From the human T2T-CHM13v2.0 reference genome, Homo sapiens: a stretch of 64,000 bases of DNA. The stretch lies in assembly GCF_009914755.1 (NCBI RefSeq), contig NC_060939.1; one strand, given 5' to 3'. Below the pieces are notes generated by a model. The model made no database searches. It was given only the letters and a program-made list of their open reading frames with translations, and was not told the DNA's origin. Positions 30,455 through 42,324 of the stretch are shown here, piece after piece. Numbering within the stretch: position 1 is the stretch's first letter; each line of letters starts with the position of its first letter. A program made the translations under genes and the position numbers.

Positions 30455-30690
30455 AATAATGGCAAACACTCATTGAGTAATTCTTATGTGGCAGTCACTA
30501 AGCAGACAGATTAACTCCTTTAGTCTTCATAACAATATTTTTGGATAGGGATTAATGTTATAATTTTCACTTAGAGATGAGATACCCTTGGCCTACAGTA
30601 TGAAGTCTCTTGTCTAAGGATAAACAGTAAGTGGCAGAGCTGGGATTTGAACCCAGACAGTATAGCCTTGAAGCCCAGTTTCCCAGCCAT
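30455..30690 (-). mobile_element. MIR SINE
   Basis: 'agtaagtggcagagctgggatttgaacccagacag'. Confidence 0.8.
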
Positions 30691-31354
30691 TAGGCTAAGA
30701 TTATTAGAAGACATGAGTAACCAAAACCAGGTATGAACACGTCCCAATTCTGCTAATTTGTAGAAAGTTAGACCAAGGGAAGGTTAGAAAAGTAAATTCT
30801 AGACATTTTAGATACATATTAGAAGGTCACTATTAATTGCAGACATTCTTATGGCCTGGAAAAAATCAAGATAAGGAAGATAGGAGAGAAAGGCAAGTAA
30901 ATAAGGAGGGGGTGCCGTAGCCAAGAAGATACTGCTAAGTATGAAAACACCATTCCTCATCTCAGTGTTTCCACTTAATTACTTGTGAGACTTTTTTCCT
31001 ATAGAAAAGTCATGGAAAGCAATAAAAGTTGTGTAAGTTTGCTTAAGTGATATTTACTTAGTAGCCCTCTTCTCTTCCATAATACATCAACTAAGCATTA
31101 ATTCTGCTTACATTTACGTACGTGTTTCAGTAGTAAGAATATATTTACAACTGGGCAGTGCAATTTGAATATTTAATATGTTTAAGAATAAGAATAGATG
31201 AGACTGTTGCTGAGAAAAATGCCTAATTATCAAAGACCACAATGAAGTTCAACTTTAAATAATCTTTGTTGCCTGTGATACAATCCTTCAGTTTCTCACA
31301 AGGAATATAAATTATTATAATATAGAATAATAGTATGAATGATTATTAATGATA

Positions 31355-31600
31355 AGAATAATAGTTACTGTAATGTTTATGGGGTATCTGCTAGTCTTAA
31401 CTATGGTCTGTGATTTACATAAATGTTTATGTACAACTTACAAAGACCACATGTGTTAAGTATCCAAATCATTTTACAGGTGAGGAAACTGAGGCTCAAT
31501 AAAGAAACTAACTTGTCCAAAGAATGTATGGAAACACAGGGTGGTTGAGTGGCCATTTATGCATCAAACCTGTATCATTTGCCTTCCATCTTTGTACTTG
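31355..31600 (-). mobile_element. MIR SINE
   Basis: 'cattttacaggtgaggaaactgaggctca...aacttgtccaa'. Confidence 0.75.
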
Positions 31601-31651
31601 AGCAACACTGTTGAATTTATTGTCCTCAGATATTTCAGAGATGTGTAATGA

Positions 31652-32008
<357 letters not shown>

Positions 32009-33089
32009 TAAAGTAAAATGAATTATAATTGTTCTCAGAAAATTACTTAGGATAGTCAGTGGTGATATGGTAAAATTACATTCTCCACCAAAGAGATATA
32101 TTTGACCAACTTTGCCTTTACAATGGCCTAATTACTGGTGCATACAGAAAAACTATGGTCTGTATTTTTCTTTTTCTCTAGATTCTTGCTATAGATGGAA
32201 AAGGAAGGACTCCTTTTTATTGAGCTACTGAAGCTCAAAAGTAGATTATTGGACAAAAATATCAGTTTGTTAAAGGATAAATGAACAACAATAGGATTTT
32301 TAAAAATTAGTTTCTTATCAATACATTGAACTGCTCTCCATAAGTGAGTGTTCCCTCAATACATAGAAACGACGGAAACCACTTTTAATAAGGCAGCACT
32401 TAAGCACAAACACACATACTATTTTTCTTACTCCTTTGACTCATCAGCAGGTGATTTGACATGCTGTGTTAAAGGGCTGATGTTTTTCTTGTGGGTGGAG
32501 ACCCAGCCAGCTTTGATTGGGGTTGTGGGTGGAGAGCAGCATGCTTGGCCTTCTGTGAATGTTGATAACTTAACATTGACAAATGATCACATTATCATTA
32601 ATCAGAGTGTTTGATTGAGTACCTGCATATTCATCATGTAGACACTGGCTTTAAACTTGAAGCATTCCTAAATAATCATATATATCAGGTTTAGAGGAGG
32701 GGTAGAAATGACATGGATATATGGACAGTAAATTTGAATTACTCTTCTAACTTGAAAATCACTTCATTGATTTGGAAAGAAGACCACAAACTCCATCCAG
32801 TTATTCATGAGCTGAAATGGAATAATGAGAATGGGAATGAAGAAGTACCCTTATTCCCCCAATGCCACATGTCTGGCTGCATGGTATCATTAATATTTAT
32901 AGTTTTTGAAAAGAAAAGTACCCTTATTCCAAGGACTTTCACTACTTATTGATCATATTTAAGATCTCAGCTAGCCCTTACGTATGCAGCTGTGGGCTAC
33001 ATGGAATTACCAAATCAAATAATTAAATAATAGCTCTTTTCGTGTTGCCCAAATTCATTGATGGCTCTGGTGTACTCAGAGCATATATA

Positions 33090-33275
33090 GATGGTGTGGA
33101 ATAATGTCAAGAGCATGGAGGAGACTGCCTGTATTTGTAGCCTGGAGCTCCTACTAACTGGGCCTGAGACCTTGGCCAGTACCTACGTCATAGGGTTTCA
33201 TGAGGCTTAAACAAGTTAACACATGTCAACCCTTGTGCCTGGCATGTAGTAAGGACTTAGAAAAAATAACCTATT
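33090..33275 (+). mobile_element. MIR SINE
   Basis: 'aagagcatggaggagactgcctg...gaccttggcc...catagggtttcatgagg...gtgcctggcatgtagtaagg'. Confidence 0.7.
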
Positions 33276-33619
33276 TTATTTTACATACCTCTTCATGTCA
33301 GTCTTAATTGAGCAGTCCTTTGGAATAAGTAGGATGATGTCTTTTTCATGTCCACATCTCTAATATCTAATTCCCAACCAACTAAGGTATGCAGTCATGT
33401 TTGTAGTTATAATATAATTACCCTGCATCCTTCTACTGGATGAAATGCCAAATAGAGTGTCCTATGTACTGTGGTTTTAAGGTGAAGTATTTTTATGAAA
33501 GGCACTTTAGTAGCATGAACAGGTCCCCAAACCTTTTGTTATTTATGAGGAGCTACACTCCTCTTCATCTGAAGCCTGGTAGACAGCTGGTATTGGGATG
33601 ACAAGGTGTGTTATCAATG

Positions 33620-34200
33620 TATTCATCCAGGACAGAATTATTGAACACTAACTATGTGCTAGGCACAGTTCTAGGCATTGGGGACATGCAGGTGAACAAG
33701 ACACATGAAGACCCTGTTCTTGTGGATACTGGGGTTGGAAAGGATAGATAATAAAGAATGAGTAAATAAGAAAAATGCCACCTGGAAGATAATTCTCTGT
33801 TATCAAAAATGAAAGAATGTGTGGAAATACTGGGTGGTTGAGTGACCATTTATGTCAGGTGATCGGGAAAGGTCTTTCTGAGGGAGTAGCACTTGAGCTG
33901 AGCTTTGAGTGAAAAGAAAGACCGAGGCAAATGAAGAGGGAGGAAAGGGTATTCCCAGAAAAAAGGCCAGCTTGTGCAAAGACCATAACTAAGGAATTTA
34001 AAGAGGACAGGGGGAAAAGGGAGAGTGGAGCAGGGTGGGGTTAAAGAAGAAGGCAGAGGCTTTGTTAGCCATCTTAAGGAGTTTGGATTTTATTTCAGAT
34101 GCAGTAGAAAACCATCAGAGAATTCTAATAAAGCAGAGAGATGTTTAAAAAATGCCACCCTGCCTGCTATGTGGAAATAGATCTTGGAGGGCAAGAGTGT
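33620..34200 (-). mobile_element. L2 LINE 3' region
   Basis: 'ttattgaacactaactatgtgctaggcacagttctaggcattggggacatgcaggtgaacaagaca...aaggagtttggattttatttc'. Confidence 0.85.
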
Positions 34201-34208
34201 CTGACTCT

Positions 34209-34620
34209 TGTAGTTAAACTTTGAGCTGGCTAGGGTGAAAGAGGATCTACTTATTAATGGAAACCCAGAAAGAATTGAAGATTGAACCCACAGAAAGACC
34301 AGAGATGTGGCTGGTTTCAGGTACAACTGTAAACCAGAGTCCTGGATACTATGAGGACTCTGTCACTCAATCTTTTTATTCCACCTCTTCTGTATAGACT
34401 TTATTTTCTCAATCCAGGTGGTACTACTTTTTTCTTGTGAGGCAACATGGCTACAGACAAATCCTAAATTTTATCTCTTCATTGCTTCTACCACCAGAAT
34501 GGATTAAATCTATCTTTCAGTAACAGACTGAAATATCTCAGAGGACGACTCTGATTGGCTACTCCTGAACGAAACCACCATTGTCATGGAATGGGCTCAT
34601 GAGCTCACCATAAAGATATT
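34209..34620. mobile_element. Old MaLR LTR (MLT1J/K-like), diverged
   Basis: 'gctggtttcaggtacaactgtaaaccagagt...aacatggctacagac...gactctgattggct' resembles MLT1 LTRs. Confidence 0.5.
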
Positions 34621-36231
34621 GAGGGATTAGAGGTACCAGTGTAGATCCAATGGGAAGTAAAAGGGAGGGGACCGGGCAGGCAATCCCCTACTATCACGTC
34701 CAAAGTAAAGTGTTCTTAAGAAAGGGGGACAGGGAAAGGGGATTACTAAAGTTCACAGGAGTGTCAGTCCTCCTAGGTGCTGGGAATATAGCAGCAAACA
34801 AAACAGATGAAAATTCCTGTCCTCATGGAAGTAGCATTTTAAGGTCCAAGGTTTAAAAAGTGCTATGTATAGCACCGTATCACAGTGCAAAATGCTGTTT
34901 CAGCATCTGAAAACACACCGAGAAAGCAAAATAGTGCATCTCTGCCCTCTGCCTTTATGGAATTTAAAGTGCACTGTGAAGTATAAAAGGAGAGGAAGAA
35001 GAAAGGGAACAGGTTTAGGGCACCCCTGCCATGTACCGCTCTCAGGGATGAAGATTAAGAGGAAAGAGTTTCCAGAACTTTGTTCATCTCCCTGTTCTCC
35101 CCAGACCCTCATCATCATTGTAAATAATGCAGCATGAGGAAGGTTCCCTGGCAGAAGCTGCATGGCTGTGGCCCCCTCCCTGTGCCTTGGTAGCATACAC
35201 CAGGCTAAGGCCTCACCAGCTTTACTGCCAGCCTCTCCTTTACAGGCTGTACATTCCAAGTGTCATGATGCAGGGAACCATTGTGCTAGCAGTGAGGGCA
35301 GCACCCTTTCTGACTGATCACAGTCAGCCTGTGGTGAATCCCTTCGCTTAGTCTAAGTGATGCATTTTGTAAAACCACACATTCTGGGTTTAACGCACGG
35401 GGTTTTCACTGCCACATCCGTCAATCAGTTTCAATCACTTGCCAATCAGGTTAACAGAACCAGAAGCCAAGAATCTGCCCAACGCAGGCAAAGACCTAAT
35501 GGGTTTGTCTGTCAAATGCATCCTAATCCTGTGTTTCAGTGAAATGTTTTGAGCCAACTAACAACTACAGAATGAGTGACTCAACTTTTTTCTCTTATTT
35601 TAAAAACAGAAAACTATTAGAGACAGAAATGCACTCTGGTGAATAAAGGGCAGGACATTAAATTGGCAGAACTTCATAGTCTAGGTATGCTTATTTAGAC
35701 TAATTGAAGGATTAGACAATTGGGCCTAAGGCTGTATTTGTTCTGGTCAAGAAAATTGTGTGTTAAGAGCCTTAGTAATATTTTGATTAAGCCTAGATGG
35801 AAACCAGAATGAACCAACTAATATTTTTAAATGTATTTTTTTCCTTCTCAGCAAAAAGTAAATAGAGAAATGTCTGTGAGGTCAGATTTGTGGATTTGAG
35901 TTTGATATGAGCCAAGGATTTTACCACATCTCGGTGCCACTGGCCTTAGCTACTTGTGCCAGTTATCAATGAATTGTCCCTCAGCTCCAAATTCACTTAT
36001 TACTGACTGATCTGCAAAATATAGGTGAGCGTTTTAAATATTTTTCCTTTTCTTGCTTGCACCATGATAAGCTATGTTTATTGAGGGCACTGGGAAGACA
36101 CTGCAGGAGGAAGGACTTTTCCTTCCTGGTTCCTGTTCGCTTCTATTGGCAGACCCCTATGGCAGAGATGGCATCTCAAGCATCTGGCTCCTATAGCACA
36201 AGTGTCTTCTCCAGTGCCCAGTTTCTACACC

Positions 36232-36344
36232 CAGGACCACCTTCATGGGCATGCAGCCTGTGCAGTCACTCAAGGCCCTATGATTGCTTAGTGCTCTGCT
36301 GTTGCTGTCTTGTACTAGGCCCTGCAATTATCTAGTCCGTTCTG
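36232..36344 (+). mobile_element. MER91A-like hAT-Tip100 MITE, internally deleted
   Basis: 'caggaccaccttcatgggcatgcagcctgtgcagtcactcaaggccc...tgctctgctgttgctgtcttg...ctaggccctgcaattatctagtccgttctg'. Confidence 0.65.
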
Positions 36345-36745
36345 CCTTTATCTCAAGGCAGCTTCTCCAATGCCATGCTCTGTGACATGGGCTGCTTCTC
36401 CAGCACCTGCTTCCAACAGGGTACTGTGGTCAGCAGCAACCAGTGTCCAACAACTTTCCCAGTACGCCTCCCTGTGAATAGCTTTCTCTATCACACAGCA
36501 ATTGAGGCATTTTGTGGTCCCTTTCTGCTCTGACCTTAGTTTCACTTGAGAAAATTGAGCCCTCTTTCAGCATTGGGCTTGACAAACCAGATGGCAGCAC
36601 TCCTCATGGGTTTACTCAGAGGCAGGGGGTCCTGAGGACTGCGATGTACATCCAGCAGTCCTGCAAAGGAAGGCAGAACACTAAATTGGAGAACAAAGGA
36701 AGGAAGCAGACAGTGCTATGGCAATCAGAAGCAGTCAATAATCTA

Positions 36746-36777
36746 TAGTAGTAGTAGTAGTAGCAGTAGTATAGTAG
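36746..36777. repeat. (TAG)n trinucleotide repeat, imperfect
   Basis: tagtagtagtagtagtagcagtagtatagtag. Confidence 0.85.
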
Positions 36778-37689
36778 GGAAGGCTGGGGGAAGCCATTAA
36801 GGGCTGAAGTGAGGGAATATTGGATCCCACTTATGGTGATGTCAGCTGTTGATATGGCTTCATATCCTAACTTTAAGGTACAGGACAAGTCCATCACCTG
36901 TTTCAGCTACACATTCACATACTGACACCAGAATAGATGCTGCTGGCTTGTCCTGTCCTTCTTCCTGTCCATCTTCCCTTACTCCATGTCCTGGGGCAGA
37001 AGGTAATTATGCTGCTCATCTGCCTTCATGGGTAGGCAGCAACATCACATCAAATCCCTAGACCCTCAACTGCGCTGAAATAAACTGCTAATTGCTGAGG
37101 AACTAATCACTTTCTATAATTTAGGATTCCCTCAACCCACGTATGTTGATTTATGGTTTATACTTGTATTAACTGAGTTTTATGAACTTATTAAAAAATA
37201 GATACAAATATTAATCCCTGCTAGCTAGTTTTCTCTCCATAAAAATTTTGTGAGGATGTTGCACAAACATTGGAAGCATCTTAAGAGCTTTAGCAAATAA
37301 TATTATTTGGCAGTAAGAGCGATCAATTTTCTATCCTATCTCCCTCATAGACTGTAGCTGTGAAAATTAGTTTTACCTTGTATTTTGTTGTCTTAAATGT
37401 CAGTGTGTGTTATAGACTCTCTGGGATTTAAAGTTTGCAACATCAACAAAGTTCTATGCTAAATACATTGAAAATTGGGATAAGTATCTAAAATGGGTCT
37501 CTACTTTCAAATGACTTTCATGTTCTCTTTAAAAAGTGGTGGTCATAAAGACAATTCAACAAATTAAATAGAAAAAATTTTAAAAAAGGAAAAAATAAAA
37601 TTGAACACATGTAAAGTATATTCAGTGATGGGCTAGAAGGATTACATAAGCAATTTCTCATTTATTATTCGTGACTTTTCTATAGTTGG

Positions 37690-38620
37690 AACATTTTAAA
37701 ACTCTTCAAAATAATGCTAATTTTGAAAAATATAGTACTATACACAGTTTAGTTTTCCAACCCTTGATGTTTTTAACTGTACTGCACCTGTCTGTCTTCA
37801 AACCTGGAATATTCTCCAGCATTGCCTTTTTAAATTTCATTTCTCTGCCATTCCACCAATTTCTTTTGCTGGAATTTATATTAAATGTACATTGGGTCCT
37901 CATAAGTTAATTTTGTTGTCTAAACTACTATTTCATATTATTTAATTTATTAATCTTTTGGTGCTGCATTCTGGAGCAATTTCTCAGTCAGACACGGGCC
38001 AGGCAGTCTCAGGGCAGTTTGATGGCACTGTAGTTGATGGGGGAGGCCTGCAGCTTGGGGGATGCAGGGCTGTTCAGGAGGGTGGGTTGTGCTTGGGCTT
38101 GCATGCCTCTGACCTCCATGCCCTCCTCCATCCCTGCAGCTGAGGGCACCCGGCGCACAGACCCACCTGCAGGCAAGCCCGCCATGGTGGCCAATCGCAA
38201 GGGTGGCCTGAAGCTGAATGCCATCTATGCCAAGCTCCAGGTGGTGTTGGAGAAGCGAGCTCAGGCTGGCTCCCACGCCGGGAGCAGCCTGCCCTCCAAC
38301 TTACCCATTCTATATTTAACAATATGAAGTTTAAGTTTAATTTGTGAGATTTAAAATTTCAATTATTTTTTATAGTTTTCCATTTTCTGGATTTCTAATT
38401 GTTTCTTTTTCACATCCACTTAACATTGTTTACTTCTGTTTTCTTTTATGATATCTTTTCTTTTTAAACATTTAGGATTGGGGTTAGTTTTTCAAAAATT
38501 CTTTGAGTCCTAACCATAATCTTTTTTGAAAAAGAAATTTGTAGATTATGCTACTATTTTCATTTTATCTGTAGTGAATTAATCTTCCAGCTATGAATTT
38601 TGTTGGCTGTGTCTGGCCCA
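37690..38620 (-). mobile_element. Old L1ME-like fragment (ORF1 region), interrupted by the GC-rich insert
   Basis: Left flank 'tcttttggtgctgcattctggagcaatttctcagt' and right flank 'ctgccctccaacttacccattct...ttttccattttctggatttctaattgtttctttttcacatc' read as contiguous antisense L1M. Confidence 0.6.
37990..38290 (+). pseudogene. CASZ1: Unprocessed fragment of CASZ1 (castor zinc finger 1): ~150 bp intron-like sequence plus ~150 bp of N-terminal coding exon
   Basis: Translates to [46 protein letters not shown], versus recalled human CASZ1 (MDLGT)[48 protein letters not shown]. Similarity begins exactly after a pyrimidine tract and AG (38138-38139). This is an ectopic fragment, not the gene itself. 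Confidence 0.88.
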
Positions 38621-39165
38621 CCCGCCTTCCTTCCTTTCTTACTCTTTCCTTCTCTTGCTTCCTCCCTTTATTCCTTTCTTCTTTCTCTATGCTCATTCTC
38701 TTTTTTACTTGCCTTATGGTTGTCTCCACTTTATCTCCTAGGTCCTGAAGTTCAAATCCAGGTCTTACACTAGCAACTCAGGGCGGATATTCCACAGCTC
38801 CATTAGATGCTAGATTAGATATTAGATCTCGCCACCAAGCTAGTAGGTGAGTAGGGCCAGGTTTAGGCAGCATGACTCTGTCTGCTCTCTCTCACTCCCT
38901 GTAAAATGTAGCCCTTGGTTGCAGTCAATAGGAGCATTATTCAGACTCTTGAGTGGAGATTCGGCCATGTGGGAGGTAAGAGAAGAAGAGAGTCCTACTT
39001 AGTACTTGTTCTTGTGCAGTCAGCCTTGTTTTCATCTCCTGGGAATGCAATTAGTTTCTGTTTCTCTATAGAAGTTAAACTAAACTCTGTGTCTGAGGGG
39101 TGCCTCAAACATGGATTTGAATGATGGTCTTGACCAGTAGTCTCAAGGTCTTATGTAATAGTCTT

Positions 39166-39213
39166 TGTGTGTGTGTGTGTATGTGTGTGTGTGTGTGTGC
39201 ACGCGTGTGCGTG
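39166..39213. repeat. (TG)n microsatellite
   Basis: tgtgtgtgtgtgtgtatgtgtgtgtgtgtgtgtgcacgcgtgtgcgtg. Confidence 0.95.
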
Positions 39214-40449
39214 CACATGTGGATATTTTTCATCCCAGGTTGGGATTAAGTGGTATATTTTGTTAATGACTCTACAATAGAATTTCATCTACAAGTAAGT
39301 AATCCAATCACTGAAGGAACATTTAGTCAGTGAACACTATGGACTAAGTAGAATACTAGGTCCTATGGGTACAGAGAATGAGGTTGAGCCTTCTCTTCAA
39401 TGCTCGTCTAGGGCAGTGGCAGCGGCAGCATAGACAACCTTCCTTCTCCCTGACTTTGCTGCAGGTTTAACCTATGCTGTTTCTACTTTTGAGATTTTAG
39501 GAATTACTATGGTTTAGGTGGTTCAGCAAATACATGCATTATATTGGACATACATGAAACAGTCTCACCAGGTCTGCAGTGTCACTTACCTACAAACATG
39601 AAAGGGTAAGGCCATGTGTGCATGTCAAATGACTGCATAGATCTGGTCAATGTTCTGTTGTCTGCTCCAAATATAGCAGCACAGTTTTTGATATACTTAT
39701 GAAAATAACTGAAACTTTGAAACTTTAGTTTTTATTTAAAAAAATCAGACCTAGCCAGGATTAGTAAGCAGTGCCCAGATTAGCTGTATTAGCAATAAAT
39801 AGTGAGTCAGAAGGGAGAAGCACCATCAGGACAACCAGAAGCTATGCCTGAGATGTGTTGTTTTTACCCATTTTTATCTTTGACTTATATTATTTTGATA
39901 AAGTAAGGAGACAAGCAAGAAGGAAAAGACAGAAGAAGGAACCCAAAAGGCCCAAAAGAAGGAGAATGGTTGCAGAGAAAGGAATTATTCCACAAAACAA
40001 AGAGCAGCAAGGCTTGTTTAAGATAAGAAAGTAAATGATGAGACAGGGGTTAGGAAGAAAATAAAATCAGAATGGGGACAAACGAGTTGTCCTTTCCTTC
40101 ACATGAACGAAGTATAAAATATACTTCAATATAAATATAAAATATACAATATAAAATTTCCTGTTGTAACTCACTAGTCACCATCCTATATTTTCAGGGG
40201 TAAAATTACCATTAAAATGTCTACTTACTTTCAATACAAGTAGGAGGATAGCTCCCAAATAAACTCATGTCTCATTCTCTCTGTTTTGGCAAGTCTTAAA
40301 CGTATTCATTCTCCTAGGAATAGGAATTATGGAATCTAAGAGTAAGACAATAATCTGGAAAAAGAGAAAGGAGAGAAAGGGCAAAATTTTCTTTTGTTTG
40401 CAAATCTAGTGTATTAATTGCATTCCTGGGAGACTTTCTGGACAGAGCC

Positions 40450-41480
40450 TCTGGTAAACAAATTAGATATAAACCGAAGGCGAGGGCACCAAGGTCACGG
40501 TGGTGAGGGAACATCAAGTGACAGGCGCTGGGACCCCCGATGCATGGCTTGCAGAGCAGATGTTCGCAAGGATGCAGTGATTATTGAACTGGTAATAAAA
40601 AAGCATCAGCTTACAGGCAGCCACGATGGATGCTGGTAATTATAAAGCATCCCCTGGGAGGAAAATGACACAAGTCAGCCACAACTCCGCAATCACCGGG
40701 GCATAATTAAAGCTCCAGTAACAGTTGTTAATAGGGTGCAAATAAAACAGGGGGAAAATTTGAACACAACCTTTTTTTTTCTTTCTTTTTTTTTTTAAGA
40801 GACGACAAAGGGCAATGTAATTACAGGGACAGCAGATTTTATAATTTTGCTCCACATCATAAAACAAAGGGTTGGAGCTGTTAGGTGGACATAGATATTA
40901 AAGTATGGAAACCCAGATATACCTACATATATATGTATACACACACACACACACACATCAAAGGGAAAAAGTGTGTTTGCTCTTTGAATATGCAGTATGT
41001 GGGGGAGAACAGATTTTTAAACAGAATGTTTATATTCTAATTTTCAAAATGGTAGAAATACAAATATGTAAAGAAAACGGAATGCATGTAAATATTTGGC
41101 CATTTCATCCTTTCCGGAAGATCTGTAGTGGTATAATGTGCCAAGCTATATGATACTGTTGGTTAAAATGGTTTAGATATTGTTAAATAAAGTCAGTAAA
41201 TCACTTACAGTGTTGAAAGTGTCACTTTTTCACAGAATGCTGCCAGCCACTCCCTAACCTAAAACATTAAGCAAAACACAGCTCGTTTTCCACAGGCTAA
41301 ATCACTGAAGCTATTTGCCAGCAGATATCCTAAGAAAAATACATCTACACCCATTGCGACCTGGTTGCTTGGGCAATTGGGCAACTAACTATGCATCTGC
41401 ATGTGCATTACCAATTAGGCCGACATAAAGATCTATTTTAAGAGACACGTGTGTAGTGGGATAAGAAAAGGAACCCTGTT
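40450..41480. promoter_or_regulatory. Candidate conserved non-coding element / enhancer
   Basis: No recognisable interspersed repeat, locally CpG-retaining, with clustered TAAT/TAATTA, ACAAAG, X-box-like and CACGTG motifs. Motif evidence only. Confidence 0.4.
40937..40957. repeat. (CA)n microsatellite
   Basis: About 10 CA units after a (TA)-rich stretch. Confidence 0.9.
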
Positions 41481-42324
41481 AAGTTTCTGTCTAGCCAGCT
41501 TTTCATTAATGGATTTTCAGAAGATTGAGTTTAAAGGGGTGACAAATGTAGAAAACACACTGTACTTATTTGCACTAAAATTTGTGTAAGAAGAACATGA
41601 ATACCCATATGTGTCAGTTTCAATAAACTGTAGGAAACAAGAGGAAATGAAATAGCAAATTTTAGTAAAACTTCTACTTCTGGAGTTTAATGTGATCACA
41701 GTTAGCTACTGGAGAGCTTTCTACTGCTTTCTTTGGGTATTTGGAAAGCTGGCCAATTAAAGCATAACTAAATACTGATGTATTTGGTGTGCATTCAAAA
41801 TGAAATGCATTTGAGATAGGATGCATGAAAAATAAATTATATTTCAAATATGAACTTAGATTTCCTAGTTCTGGAAAGGACCTGAGAGGCCATATCCCTC
41901 ATTACCCTTGAATGCCTACTGTGTGCAGTGCACTGGTAAACATTATGAAATGTACTAAAAGACAGTATCTGTCCCCACAGAAGACTTGACATAGACACAG
42001 GAAGTGTTAACTAATGATAAAAGGTGAAGTTCCTGACTTCTCTTGGGCCCTCGGGCCATGGAAAAATAATAAAAACTTCATGAGAAGCTTCCACTACTCC
42101 AAGAAGGAGTCAGAGGCACAAGATATATTATCCCAAGACAAAGATATTAAGAAATATGAATATTTTGGCTTTGGAGGCAGGGAGAAGTCTTTCTTTAATT
42201 GGGAATTAGCCCCTAAAGGAGTATAAAATGCACAACTATAGGACTATTCTTGAAAAAAGAACAACAAAAAAGGGTGAGAGAGGAAAAGGGAAATTCTATC
42301 CTCACCTTAGGGGTAGAATAGGAA

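Noticed and set aside
32182-32260. Ankyrin-like peptide ILAIDGKGRTPFY*ATEAQK
   Set aside because: Too short and interrupted by stops; cannot be distinguished from chance.
37990-38290. Reading this as the true CASZ1 locus or a processed pseudogene
   Set aside because: The exon is truncated after ~50 codons, diverged and embedded in AT-rich L1 with no other CASZ1 exons; the retained acceptor and the lack of poly(A)/TSD argue against a retrocopy.
39166-39213. Z-DNA-capable (TG)n tract
   Set aside because: Ordinary microsatellite with no context suggesting function.
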